Below, piece after piece: positions 29,281 through 39,211 of a stretch of 51,985 nucleotides of DNA. This DNA is from Patescibacteria group bacterium (GTDB lineage Bacteria > Patescibacteriota > Patescibacteriia > Patescibacteriales > UBA12465). The translations under genes and the position numbers were made by a program. Numbering within the stretch: position 1 is the stretch's first letter; each line of letters begins with the position of its first letter. The notes beneath the pieces were generated by a model. It ran no database searches. It saw only the letters and a program-made list of their open reading frames with translations, and was not told where the DNA came from. Location of the stretch: NCBI GenBank assembly GCA_049318005.1, contig JBMOHE010000006.1, forward strand, positions 1-51,985, read 5' to 3'.

Positions 29281-29964
29281 ATGATATTAAATCGTCGACT
29301 AAAATATTTGCAAATTGCCTTTAATCGGTCTCTTTTAGAGGTAGAGATGATGATTTCCTTATTGCCGCCAACCGATCGAATTTTAATTGAAGCGGGTACG
29401 CCGTTTATTAAAAGATATGGCGCTAGTGGCATCTCTTCACTCGTTTCTATTTGGGAGTCACGTTTGGGTCACAAAGGCTACGTTGTAGCTGATTTGAAGT
29501 GCATGGATAGAGGCTCTACTGAGGTTAAGGCGGCGGCAGAAGCTGGGGCATCAGCCGCTACTTGTTTGGGCTGGGCTCCGATTGAAACTATTAATGATTT
29601 TATTAGAAGTTGCCAGGAATATAAAATTGACTCCATGATAGACATGATGAACGTTCAGTTTCCGTTTGAGATTCTTCAGAAATTAAAAAAACTACCAGAT
29701 ATTATTGTTTTACATCGTGGCGTTGACGAGGGTTTAAATAAGGATAAGACTATTCCTCATCATGATATTAATAGAATCAAGGGGGCTTATAATGTGATAA
29801 TTTCTGTCGCGGGCGGCGAAAGTGAGAAGGACGTCGCTCGTACATATTTTAATGGAGCTGATATTGCTGTTGTTTGGCGTTCATTCTTTGATGAGCCAAG
29901 GCAGGTTGGTAAAATTGCTGAAAACTTTTTAACTAAAATCAGAGGATATGCCCAAGGAAAGTAA
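29281..29964 (+). CDS. OMPDC/HPS superfamily barrel, archaeal hexulose-6-P synthase-like, copy 1
   Basis: YLQIAFN, IEAGTPFIKRYG, VADLKCMD, DMMNV, LHRGVDE, VAGG. Confidence 0.85.
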   Translation: MILNRRLKYLQIAFNRSLLEVEMMISLLPPTDRILIEAGTPFIKRYGASGISSLVSIWESRLGHKGYVVADLKCMDRGSTEVKAAAEAGASAATCLGWAPIETINDFIRSCQEYKIDSMIDMMNVQFPFEILQKLKKLPDIIVLHRGVDEGLNKDKTIPHHDINRIKGAYNVIISVAGGESEKDVARTYFNGADIAVVWRSFFDEPRQVGKIAENFLTKIRGYAQGK

Positions 29965-30745
29965 TACAAATCAATCATTTGGTAATAAATTAGTTGATCT
30001 GCTCGAAAGCAGCCTTATTAATTATGCTAACCAATTAACTTTAGAGAATCTTCAAGCCGTCTCAGGACAACCAACGGCACTTAATAACAGATCCTTACTA
30101 AAACCCCGCACCAAGTATTTGCAAATTGCTCTAAATAATAATTTAAGTGAAGCGAGAGAAATTATAAGACAGTTGCCTCAATCCGAAAAAATTATTATTG
30201 AAGCCGGCACGCCATTAATTAAAATTTATGGTTTAAATGCTGTTAGAGAAATAAAATCAGCTTCGCCGCTATCATACATAATTGCTGATGCAAAAATATC
30301 TGACTTAGCTCGGCGTGAAGTTGAAATGTTCGCCGGAGCTGGAGCGAATGCGGTTACCTGTTTAGGGGTTGCTCCGCTTGAAACAATTGAAGAGTTTATT
30401 GATGCCTGCGAAAATTATCAAGTTGACTCAATGCTAGACATGATGAACGTTGATAGTGCAATTTCAGTCTTAAAGAAATTAAAAAAACTGCCTAAAGTTG
30501 TTATTCTCCATCGAGGCGTTGATGAAACAGAACTTTCAAAGGAAAAAACAATTCCTTATTACCAAATAAAACAAATAAAAGGTTCATTTGATTTAATAGT
30601 CGCGGTTGCTGGCGGAGATACTCCGCTAGAAATTAAGAGTGCCTTTTTTAATGATGCCGATATTGTTGTGGTTTGGAAAAATTTTATGAACGCTGATGAA
30701 AATATTGGCGAATTAGCAAAAAGTTTTTTGAAAGAAATTAGATAA
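29948..30745 (+). CDS. OMPDC/HPS superfamily barrel, copy 2
   Basis: YLQIALN, IEAGTPLIK, IADAKISD, DMMNV, LHRGVDE, VAGG. Confidence 0.85.
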   Translation: MPKESNTNQSFGNKLVDLLESSLINYANQLTLENLQAVSGQPTALNNRSLLKPRTKYLQIALNNNLSEAREIIRQLPQSEKIIIEAGTPLIKIYGLNAVREIKSASPLSYIIADAKISDLARREVEMFAGAGANAVTCLGVAPLETIEEFIDACENYQVDSMLDMMNVDSAISVLKKLKKLPKVVILHRGVDETELSKEKTIPYYQIKQIKGSFDLIVAVAGGDTPLEIKSAFFNDADIVVVWKNFMNADENIGELAKSFLKEIR

Positions 30746-30781
30746 TTTTAAATATTAGATTAAATTAATAATCAAAAAAGT

Positions 30782-31552
30782 ATGACATTCATTTTCACAA
30801 TCATTGTCCCTTTATTACTATTTTTAGTCATAACGGGGCTTAGAGTAATCGACCAATTTGAGCGCGGAGTAATTTTAACTTTAGGAAAATATACTTCAAC
30901 GGCGACTCCTGGATTAATTTGGATTTTTCCTGGTATTCAAAAAATGACTAAAGTTGATATGCGTATTAGAACGATTGATATCCCGCAGCAAGAGGCGATT
31001 ACAAAAGATAATGTGCCGGTTGGTATTAATGGTGTTGTTTATTTTAGAGTAGAGAAGGCCGAAACTGCAGTTTTAGAAATCCAAAATTATTCAACAGCTG
31101 TTTCTCAATATTCACAAGCAGCTTTGCGTGATGTTATTGGGAGCGTTGAGCTAGACGCCTTGTTAGCTGAAAGAGATCAAATCGCAGAAGAGATTAAAAA
31201 AACAGTTGATGCAGAAACAGCTACCTGGGGAATTAGTGTAAATAATATTAAAATTCAAGATATTGAATTACCGGCTGATATGAAGCGTGTCATGGCCAAA
31301 CAAGCGGAATCAGAAAGAGAAAGACGTGCGGTTATTATTCGTGCTCAAGGCGAACTCAAGGCCTCGGAAGATTTAAGTGCGGCGGCCAGAAATTTATCAT
31401 CCGTTCCAGGCGGGTTATCACTAAGAACTTTAAAAACAATTGAAAGTATAAATCCTGATCCATCAAAAACAGTAATCTTTGCTCTACCGGTTGAGATTCT
31501 TGATGGATTTAAATCAATCGCTCAGGCGATTACTCCGGGAGTTAAGAAATAA
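30782..31552 (+). CDS. SPFH/stomatin (slipin) family protein
   Basis: ERGV..TLG, PQQEAITKDNV, LRDVIG, MAKQAESERERRA. Confidence 0.95.
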   Translation: MTFIFTIIVPLLLFLVITGLRVIDQFERGVILTLGKYTSTATPGLIWIFPGIQKMTKVDMRIRTIDIPQQEAITKDNVPVGINGVVYFRVEKAETAVLEIQNYSTAVSQYSQAALRDVIGSVELDALLAERDQIAEEIKKTVDAETATWGISVNNIKIQDIELPADMKRVMAKQAESERERRAVIIRAQGELKASEDLSAAARNLSSVPGGLSLRTLKTIESINPDPSKTVIFALPVEILDGFKSIAQAITPGVKK

Positions 31553-31563
31553 TTATAAATCAT

Positions 31564-31599
31564 AAAAAAGGCTCCAATTAAAATTGGAGTCTTTTTTTT
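31564..31599 (+). terminator. Intrinsic terminator
   Basis: AAAAAGGCTCCAATT..AATTGGAGTCTTTTTTTT. Confidence 0.85.
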
Positions 31600-31647
31600 G
31601 TTGACACAGTCGGGGCTACTTGATAACATAAAATGATTCTTTAAAAA

Positions 31648-32073
31648 ATGAATAATAATTTAAAACAAGAAACGATGGATTTATTTAATTCTTTCAGAAG
31701 AAATGAAACTGCACAAATTATTGGCGGCGTCATAACGGCTATATTTTTATTAAGCTTGGCTGTTACTGGATTTAGTTTTCTCTATGCATTATTGGTAATT
31801 TTGCTATTCGCAGTCGTAATTTTAATTGGTGCTTTAAATGAACTTTTTGGTAGTATCGTTATTTGCTTTTTATTAAAAATTCTTTTGCCGGAAATAAAGC
31901 AGTTAACAGTGATTTGGTTTACTAGTCCAAAGATTAATCAAATGTTTGGTTACATTGAGAATATCAGTTATGCAAAGTTAATTCTAATTATTTTTTTAGC
32001 GATTTTTACTCTTAGCTTTGTTACTAAATCAATTAAGCTATTTCACGTTAACGCAGGAAATATGAAAAACTAG
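31648..32073 (+). CDS. Hypothetical membrane protein (start may be ATG 31675)
   Basis: Hydrophobic ORF; promoter TTGACA(31601)-17-TAACAT. Confidence 0.7.
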   Translation: MNNNLKQETMDLFNSFRRNETAQIIGGVITAIFLLSLAVTGFSFLYALLVILLFAVVILIGALNELFGSIVICFLLKILLPEIKQLTVIWFTSPKINQMFGYIENISYAKLILIIFLAIFTLSFVTKSIKLFHVNAGNMKN

Positions 32074-32077
32074 AGCC

Positions 32078-32386
32078 ATGGAAGTTTCAGTTGAGCGCAT
32101 TGTAACAATAATTGCTCTTATGTACGGCAAGCAAGCCGAGCTAGTAGTTTATCACTCTCAAGAAAAGTGTTACTTATTTTTTGACGGGCGCCCTCAAGAT
32201 TTAGAGATATATTATGAAGAAGTTAACTGCCTGGTTGATAATGAAATAATAGAGCTTGATGGTGGTTGCGCTGAAGAAGGGCACGAAACGAGTGTTTATA
32301 TACTCACCTCAATCGCCAATCAAAGAATAAGTGATATTGTTAAGAATAATAAATTACTTATTTTGAAAAATCACGAAAGGAGCTAG
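32078..32386 (+). CDS. Hypothetical protein
   Basis: 102-aa ORF 4 nt after the previous stop; terminator-like hairpin overlaps its stop. Confidence 0.7.
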   Translation: MEVSVERIVTIIALMYGKQAELVVYHSQEKCYLFFDGRPQDLEIYYEEVNCLVDNEIIELDGGCAEEGHETSVYILTSIANQRISDIVKNNKLLILKNHERS

Positions 32387-32567
32387 AAAATAGCTTCTTT
32401 TTTATTTTATTTAACCCTTGCTTGGCTAGTTGTAATTGCAGCCACGGTTTTTAGTATTTTAGCGATTTTATAATATTGTTGACTTTTCCTCGTATTTATA
32501 TTAAATTAGTCTATTGTTATTTAAAAAATTAATTTCCAAATATTCACCAAGAAAAACAAAGAAAAAA

Positions 32568-34043
32568 ATGAAAAAAATGAAAAAACTGATTATTGCTTTC
32601 GATGGATTAAAGTATCCATTGGATTTATTGGACAAACTTGAAGAGACTATGTCCGATCCGATTGAAATGGTCGACTATGTAAGCCATTTCAAATTTAATG
32701 ATGCCCTGCACATGTCTGGGGCAAAAAAAATGATTGAAACTATAGTGGCTGATTATCCTGAAACATCGATTTTTTGGGATTTGAAATTAACCGACACAAA
32801 TGGCACGGATAAAAACATTTTATCTCACTATTTATCGTTTATGCGCCCTGGCGACATTGTGACTGTAAGTAGTATTTGCTCTCTGAGAGCTTTTCGGGAT
32901 ATTGGTAGTGTTTTGCCTGAAGGAGTTAAAATTGCTATTGTATCTGTCCTAACGGATACAGATAAAGCTGAATGCCAGGCTAGACGTGGTATGAGCCTTG
33001 GCATGGCAATACTGAACGATGCTTTAAACATATTGGATTTAGAGCCTAATGCTTTTGATGCTGTTATATGTTCTCATAATGAACTTAAATTATTGAAAAA
33101 TAATTTGCCGGCAAATATTGAGTATTTCGTGCCCGGAGTTCGCGACCAGTGGATGGACGTTGGGCAGCAATCAAAAGATCGTATCTCGGGCATTAAAAAT
33201 GTTATTGACGATGGTGCTAGCGGTGGGGTTTTAGGTGCGCAATTAATGAAAGGAAATCCGGACAATAATATAACTCCCGCAAAAAGTAGGCGTTTGACGA
33301 TTGAACAATTGAAATCATCAAATACCAACCTTTGCACAAGCGAACCATTGGATGTTTTAAAAAGGTTTGCTGCTTATTATATTAGCCCAAAGGACGAAGC
33401 CGGAAATTTTGTTGGCCCACTCGTTGCGTATGCGGGCGATTATTTTTTTGCCCCAGGGCAAGCAGCGCATAATTATGTTGGGTTTGAATATTTTAATTTT
33501 GCTAAAGTTGAAAGTCGCGCCGATTCGAGGAATTATTTTGCTTCAAAAATTATTGCCGAACTATATGCAGTCGGTTTGGAGGAATACAGTGAAGTATTTT
33601 TAGGAGCACCAATGGGTGGTATAATGTTGGCCACGGAGATTGGGGGTATTCTTAATAAGAAAACAATTTTTGCAGAAAAGAAAGTCGTTGTCGCCGCCAG
33701 TGGTAGTCAAAAAGAAGTGAGCGAACAAGTTATCAAGCGTCACGATCTTAATTCTGAAGACCGGGTGGTGATTGTCGAGGACGTATGTAATAATTTCTCC
33801 ACAACAGCAAAGTTGAAAGTTGAAATTGAAAAACATGGTGGATTTTTAAAGGCGATCGTCTGCGCGATTAATCGTTCTGGCGTAAATGAGTGGAACGGAA
33901 TTCCAGTTATTTCAGCTTTATTTATACCAACGCAACAGTTTACGCAAGAAGCTAATGAGGTGGTTGAATTTATTTCAAGAGGTGAAATTAGTTGGAATCC
34001 GAAACAGGATTGGGAAAGCTTAATCGCCATTTCAGGAGTCTAA
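32568..34043 (+). CDS. pyrF-pyrE: Fused OMP decarboxylase (N-terminal) and orotate phosphoribosyltransferase-like domain (C-terminal)
   Basis: LIIAFD, DLKLTDTNGT, VSVLT, VPGVR, then GAPMGG, FAEK, RVVIVEDV; convergent with pyrD. Confidence 0.82.
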   Translation: MKKMKKLIIAFDGLKYPLDLLDKLEETMSDPIEMVDYVSHFKFNDALHMSGAKKMIETIVADYPETSIFWDLKLTDTNGTDKNILSHYLSFMRPGDIVTVSSICSLRAFRDIGSVLPEGVKIAIVSVLTDTDKAECQARRGMSLGMAILNDALNILDLEPNAFDAVICSHNELKLLKNNLPANIEYFVPGVRDQWMDVGQQSKDRISGIKNVIDDGASGGVLGAQLMKGNPDNNITPAKSRRLTIEQLKSSNTNLCTSEPLDVLKRFAAYYISPKDEAGNFVGPLVAYAGDYFFAPGQAAHNYVGFEYFNFAKVESRADSRNYFASKIIAELYAVGLEEYSEVFLGAPMGGIMLATEIGGILNKKTIFAEKKVVVAASGSQKEVSEQVIKRHDLNSEDRVVIVEDVCNNFSTTAKLKVEIEKHGGFLKAIVCAINRSGVNEWNGIPVISALFIPTQQFTQEANEVVEFISRGEISWNPKQDWESLIAISGV

Positions 34044-34052
34044 ATTTTTTTG

Positions 34053-34139
34053 AGACAGGCCTAAAAACCTGTCTTTTTAATTATTTAATTTAGATTTTAC
34101 AAATAAAAAACCGTACTAGGTACGGTTTAATTTGTAAAA
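34053..34139. terminator. Two terminators between convergent pyr genes
   Basis: AGACAGG..CCTGTCTTTTT (+) and AAAAAACCGTAC-tag-GTACGGTTT (-). Confidence 0.75.
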
Positions 34140-34148
34140 CAAGCTTGC

Positions 34149-35117
34149 TTAAAATATTTCTTGTGCTCGTTTTATGATCCATTTAATTCTCCAGGGCCTT
34201 AGCATTGCGACCGTTGCAAATTCAATGGCGTTAGCGCCAGCCAGTTTCATGCGATTAACATCATGAGCACGCATAATTCCACCGCCACCCTTAATTGGCA
34301 ACTGTATACCGGCAGAGCGAATTTGTTTAATTCTCCTAAGAACGATTGGTAGAATTGCTTGTCCCGATAAACCACCTCCACCATATTTTTGTAGAGGAGA
34401 TTCTCCTTTTGGGAATAAGCTCATCCAGTCAATTTCTTCAGCTCCATGTCCAAAGGGGATGGTGTTCGATACGGTTATTACGTCGCATAATAATGCCTGT
34501 TCAAGCTTCCATAACAACCTAATACTGAAAAACACATTCACCTTTAAATCTATTGGCACGTTTAGCTTTGAAAATTCCTCTAAGATAGAGAAAGTTTCAG
34601 ATTCAAGCTCGGTATCCTCAGTCGAATCAATTTTTCGCTCAGTGTTTGGGCAAGATAGATTTACCTGAATTCCTACCGGAGCTTTAAATTTATATAATTC
34701 TTCCTTACAGAGTTCTACAAATCTTTTTACTTCTTCAAGTCTGGCAATTCCGTTTACAGCAACAGGCATAAAAGAAATAAAAAATGGTTTTTCTATTTTT
34801 TGCCATATGCCAGCCGCAAATAACTTTTTCGCACCTGGACCACTTAACCCAACGGCATTTAAAACTATTCCTTTAAGGGGGTAAAGTTTAATACAGTTTG
34901 GTAAAAGTTCTTTTGGTTGTAAGTTTTCTTTTAATGGCATGTTGCCTGCTCGCGGAGAAAGCGTCGTCGTTTTTGAAATGAAAGTGCATTTTTTGATTTC
35001 TTTAAATCCAGGAAATAATAGTTTGTACCAAAAATGGTACCACCACCCATTTCCAAAAAAGTTTAATGATCCTGACGCGGCAAAAACATTGCCGAAATTA
35101 ATTCCTCTAAGTTCCAT
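34149..35117 (-). CDS. pyrD: Dihydroorotate dehydrogenase, class 1-like, divergent
   Basis: AASG, KTTT..PRAGN, NAVGL, NLSCPN, SNTI, GGLSG, GGGGI. Confidence 0.88.
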   Translation of the reverse strand: MELRGINFGNVFAASGSLNFFGNGWWYHFWYKLLFPGFKEIKKCTFISKTTTLSPRAGNMPLKENLQPKELLPNCIKLYPLKGIVLNAVGLSGPGAKKLFAAGIWQKIEKPFFISFMPVAVNGIARLEEVKRFVELCKEELYKFKAPVGIQVNLSCPNTERKIDSTEDTELESETFSILEEFSKLNVPIDLKVNVFFSIRLLWKLEQALLCDVITVSNTIPFGHGAEEIDWMSLFPKGESPLQKYGGGGLSGQAILPIVLRRIKQIRSAGIQLPIKGGGGIMRAHDVNRMKLAGANAIEFATVAMLRPWRIKWIIKRAQEIF

Positions 35118-35316
35118 GGCCTTTGTTTGTTTTTTTTGGTTAGTATTTATTAGTTTTTAATTTACAATTAATAGTAAATTTTATGGCATAAACAGTATTT
35201 TGTCAAAGCTTGGCTAATTATTTAATGATTTTGCCAGGTTAATGATGGAAATCAAATAGTGCTTAGAAAAGACATTTTTGTGGTATAATAGTATAAAATT
35301 AAAAAAATATAAATAT

Positions 35317-35952
35317 ATGACCCCTAAAATATTTCTAACCTCAAGCGTTAACTGTGTCGCCAAAGACATCGCCAAAAAACTTGGTGGTGTTAAGAAAAAA
35401 AATATTCTTTATATCTATACTGCCTGCGAACAAAAACGTGGATCAGCCTGGCAAATTGCTAATAGAGAGTCTTTGGTTAAAATTGGTTTTAAAGTTACTG
35501 ATTATACTGTTACTGGCAAGTCTGTCTCTACAATAAAAAAAGATTTTAGAAATACTGACGCCCTTTATGTCGAAGGAGGAAGCTCTCTATATTTATTACA
35601 GCAAATACAACTTACAAAATCAGCGCCTATTATTAAGCAAGCCGTTAAAGATGGGAAAATTTATATTGGAACTAGTGCCGGCTCGATGGTGGCTGGAGCC
35701 AGCGTTAATCCGTCCTATATTCCCAATAAAATTAAAACCGCCCCAAAACTTAAAGGATGCAAGGGGCTGGGATTGGTTGATGCTTGCATACTGCCTCATT
35801 GGGGTAGCGAAAAACATAAGGAAGAATATTTTAATGAGAAGTTAATCCACAATTACAATACTAAAAATAAATTAATCATTTTAAATGATTATCAGTACAT
35901 AGAGACAAAAGATGATTGGTATAGAATAGTTGAAGTAAGTCATAAAGCATAG
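35317..35952 (+). CDS. Peptidase S51 / peptidase E-like protein (start probably ATG 35317)
   Basis: LYVEGG, YIGTSAGS nucleophile elbow, LPH. Confidence 0.88.
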   Translation: MTPKIFLTSSVNCVAKDIAKKLGGVKKKNILYIYTACEQKRGSAWQIANRESLVKIGFKVTDYTVTGKSVSTIKKDFRNTDALYVEGGSSLYLLQQIQLTKSAPIIKQAVKDGKIYIGTSAGSMVAGASVNPSYIPNKIKTAPKLKGCKGLGLVDACILPHWGSEKHKEEYFNEKLIHNYNTKNKLIILNDYQYIETKDDWYRIVEVSHKA

Positions 35953-35959
35953 TATTAGC

Positions 35960-36400
35960 ATGGAAAAGATTAAATTACAAAGGGCGACGCTTAAGGACTT
36001 TAATGAAGTTTTTTTATTAGAGAAAAGTTTTCGTTCAAAAACATACATGTCGGCTACGACTAAAAAGGAGAACCTCGAATATTTTAAGGATAGCCAGATA
36101 TTTTTAATTAAAAAAGATTCGATAACTATTGGCCTAACATCTTTTAAGAAGAAGCTTAAAGATAGAGCGCACGTTAATGGGTTAATAATTAAGCCCAGAT
36201 TTAGGGGACAAGGATTTGCTAGACAAACGATGTTGCTTTTACTTAAAAAAATGTCGGGGTCGGGTTATGTTTACTTAGAAGTTCATCCGCACAACTCTCC
36301 CGCCATAACTCTTTATTTATCACTAGGCTTTGTGATTGATTCTTGGGTCGAAAATCGTTTTGGTGATGGTGAGCCGAGGTTAATAATGGTAAAAAAATAA
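35960..36400 (+). CDS. GNAT N-acetyltransferase (RimI-like)
   Basis: PRFRGQGFAR, N..AI.LY.SLGF. Confidence 0.92.
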   Translation: MEKIKLQRATLKDFNEVFLLEKSFRSKTYMSATTKKENLEYFKDSQIFLIKKDSITIGLTSFKKKLKDRAHVNGLIIKPRFRGQGFARQTMLLLLKKMSGSGYVYLEVHPHNSPAITLYLSLGFVIDSWVENRFGDGEPRLIMVKK

Positions 36401-36404
36401 ATAT

Positions 36405-36788
36405 ATGAAAGCAAAACTCACTGAACTAATCAAAACATTACTTAATATCCATAAAGCTTTGCTTGATTTAGAAAAGGCTAGTTATGAAGCTAAGAATGGG
36501 TCAATCTCTAATAATCAAGAATATTTTAATTTAGTTATTAACCACGAAGATTTTAAATGGTTACGAGTCTTATCGGAAGTAATCGCCTTAATTGATGAGG
36601 AGTCAGAACAAGAGCCGATAGCCACTAAAAAGGTACAGGAATTATTAGTTAATTTAAAAAACCTTCTTGAAGAAAATAATGATAATGAATTTTCACTTCG
36701 TTATTATAATTCTTTAAATAGTCATAAAAATATTTTTGATCTTAATAATGAAATCGTTTCTGAAATAGAAAATATTTTAAATAATTAA
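36405..36788 (+). CDS. Hypothetical helical protein
   Basis: 127-aa ORF in an operon; followed by hairpin 36790-36811. Confidence 0.75.
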   Translation: MKAKLTELIKTLLNIHKALLDLEKASYEAKNGSISNNQEYFNLVINHEDFKWLRVLSEVIALIDEESEQEPIATKKVQELLVNLKNLLEENNDNEFSLRYYNSLNSHKNIFDLNNEIVSEIENILNN

Positions 36789-36817
36789 AAAGGGATACCT
36801 GGGTATCCCTTAAATTT

Positions 36818-37585
36818 CTATACACTCTTAAACATTAAATAAGCGTGAGCTTTTATGCTTTGAAGTCGATTGATTTCGGCTTCACATTCTGCAATCTCCT
36901 CCTGTTGCCGAGCTACTAAGCCTATCTTATAGGTGCTGGCGCTGTTTGGTAAATTTTTTTGTTCGGCCTTGCAGGCTTCGAAAAAAGTAGTAGCAGCAGA
37001 AAACCTTTCATTTTTTGATTTCTGTAAAGTTTCGGTTACTATCTTAAGAGGCTCATACAAACTACACTCCTGACCAACGGCTGCATATTGAACAGATAAT
37101 TGATTATAATTTTCGATAATCGTTCTTAACGATATTTCGTAGTTACTATCAACGTTCTGCATAAGCTTTACCGATTCACTAAAAGTTTTTTGTAAACTTT
37201 TGGTAATTTCTGGGTACGGACTAATTGTTAAGGCGTCGCGATTTAAAAAATTATCTCTTTTTTGTTTGTGAGAGTGAATTTTTCTCTGCCAAGCGTCCAT
37301 CTGATCATATAGATCAAAAATAAACTTCTCAAATTGAAATCTCTTTCCAACAATATGGGGGCTGAAATAATAAAAGAGGATTAATAAAAGAAATACTATT
37401 ACGCCGCTAATGAGAGAAAGGGTTTTTATTTTTTGATTATCAGCGAGAAAAACAATAAGTGTTGGAGTTACAATAGATAAAAGTGGTAAAAAGAGAGTTT
37501 TGGCGGCGACATAAATTCTAGTTAGGCTCGCCATGCTCAGTTTGATTTGCTGGGTAAGTTCGGGGTTTTCGAGAGTTTTTTCCAT
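36818..37585 (-). CDS. Hypothetical protein, 2 TM plus coiled coil
   Basis: 255 aa; promoter TTGACT(37671-66)-17-CATTAT. Confidence 0.75.
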   Translation of the reverse strand: MEKTLENPELTQQIKLSMASLTRIYVAAKTLFLPLLSIVTPTLIVFLADNQKIKTLSLISGVIVFLLLILFYYFSPHIVGKRFQFEKFIFDLYDQMDAWQRKIHSHKQKRDNFLNRDALTISPYPEITKSLQKTFSESVKLMQNVDSNYEISLRTIIENYNQLSVQYAAVGQECSLYEPLKIVTETLQKSKNERFSAATTFFEACKAEQKNLPNSASTYKIGLVARQQEEIAECEAEINRLQSIKAHAYLMFKSV

Positions 37586-37769
37586 TTCGGTAAAATTTAA
37601 TTATTTAGTTTATAATATTTTTAAATGAACACTAGATTAAGGATAATGACATATATTAATAATAAAGTCAACAATTAAATGAATTTAAGTCCCTTGACAA
37701 TATTTAGATTATATTATAAAGTCTTTAGATTCTTTTAAAATTTAATATTAACCCTAATACAGAGAGACC

Positions 37770-38039
37770 ATGCCAACAAAAAATGCATTAAAGCCGGGTG
37801 ATCGATTTTCGCATAAAGATGGTTACGGATACGTAATTAACGAGAAACAGGCCATTCTTATGGAGCCTAAAACTGGTGGTTCAAGAAAATTTGTTTATGT
37901 TGACGATATTCCAGAAGGAGCCAGATTTGTTTCTGATTGCCCAAAAGTATTTTCTTTAGCGATGGATGCAATCGATTGCTTACGCGAACTTAATTCGAAA
38001 GAAGTAAAAATTGAAAATTCTGAAAACCAATCAACTTAA
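37770..38039 (+). CDS. Hypothetical protein
   Basis: 89 aa; promoter TTGACA(37694)-17-TAAAGT. Confidence 0.7.
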   Translation: MPTKNALKPGDRFSHKDGYGYVINEKQAILMEPKTGGSRKFVYVDDIPEGARFVSDCPKVFSLAMDAIDCLRELNSKEVKIENSENQST

Positions 38040-38043
38040 AGCC

Positions 38044-38457
38044 ATGGGAAAAGGAAAAGGAAAAGGATCGACTGAAAAAAATGTCGTGCCTGATATTATG
38101 CCAAAAGGAGCGGTAATGAAAGAAGTTGAAGATGAGATAGCTATTTTAACTCAGAAAGAAAACTCTCGTCGAGAAAAAAGAATAAATATTTCAAAAAATT
38201 TATTCATCGCTGCTATTGTTACGGCTTCATCACTTACTATCGTCTGGTTATCCGGAGGACTTATATTTTCTCCAGCTAAGGCAGGCGAACCAAGACTCTG
38301 GATTTCATTAATCGGATTAGCAAGCTCATTTGTTTTGTATAAATTATTTAAACTTTATGCCGAACGAGGGAGTTGGAAAAATAGAAGAAAGAGGGGAATT
38401 CTATCGTGGCTAATAGTTATATTTGCCGCCCTAGCAATGATCTCTTGCATTCTATAA
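38044..38457 (+). CDS. Hypothetical 3-TM protein (start probably ATG 38044)
   Basis: Hydrophobic segments; terminator 38478-38504. Confidence 0.7.
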   Translation: MGKGKGKGSTEKNVVPDIMPKGAVMKEVEDEIAILTQKENSRREKRINISKNLFIAAIVTASSLTIVWLSGGLIFSPAKAGEPRLWISLIGLASSFVLYKLFKLYAERGSWKNRRKRGILSWLIVIFAALAMISCIL

Positions 38458-38539
38458 AAACACATTACATTTCATTTAACCGTTACACTCGTAACGGTTT
38501 TTTTATAAAAAAAAGACTATTGCATGAATAGTCTTGGGG

Positions 38540-39211
38540 TTAATTTACTGCTGATAAAAAGAGGCAAGAGTATTTATTGTGTCCTTTTTTAGACTCATAA
38601 ATTACGGTGGTCTTTTTATTCTCGTAGCTAACCAGTTTTAGAGGGAAATTGATTATAGGAATTAATTTAAAATCTAATTTTTTAAATGCCCCTACTTTTT
38701 TAACAATTTTTTTGGCGTAATCGTTTTTAACCGACGATTTAAAGGCTATTAAGCAATAGAATTCTTTATCATTAATTGAAATTTCGATAAAGTACCTATT
38801 TGCTAAATCAGCAGAGTTTATTATTCCGACTTTTTTTATGTAAGGCGGCGCATATATTAATATCCCTAGTGATTCCCAAAAATAGCTGAAGTTAAACTGC
38901 GCCTTATTCTTCTTTATCTTGCTGAAGTCGGCAAAAATTGCACAGTTTGCTCGACCGAGATATTTCTTTTCAGCAAATGAAGAAATGTTCTCCTCGATAC
39001 TTACAAAAGCACTAGAGTCGCTTTCTTCGGAATAAAATTTGAAGTTTTTCATTGGATCAATTAAGCAAAGTGTGGCCAATTCTTCATTGTTTTGTCTTAT
39101 GCTATAAATGATAAAGCTTTTGTTTTTGTCGAATTTTTCGACAATTTCATATTCTTCGGCGGCGTATAGTCGACCAAAGAAAAGTAGTAATAGGATCAGT
39201 ATTATTTTCAT
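38540..39211 (-). CDS. Hypothetical exported protein
   Basis: Signal peptide MKIILILLLLFFGRLYA; own promoter and terminator. Confidence 0.7.
   Translation of the reverse strand: MKIILILLLLFFGRLYAAEEYEIVEKFDKNKSFIIYSIRQNNEELATLCLIDPMKNFKFYSEESDSSAFVSIEENISSFAEKKYLGRANCAIFADFSKIKKNKAQFNFSYFWESLGILIYAPPYIKKVGIINSADLANRYFIEISINDKEFYCLIAFKSSVKNDYAKKIVKKVGAFKKLDFKLIPIINFPLKLVSYENKKTTVIYESKKGHNKYSCLFLSAVN

Noticed and set aside
36818-37585. 2TM effector (SLATT-like) of a defence system
   Set aside because: Only topology supports it; no nucleotidyltransferase or sensor gene is adjacent.
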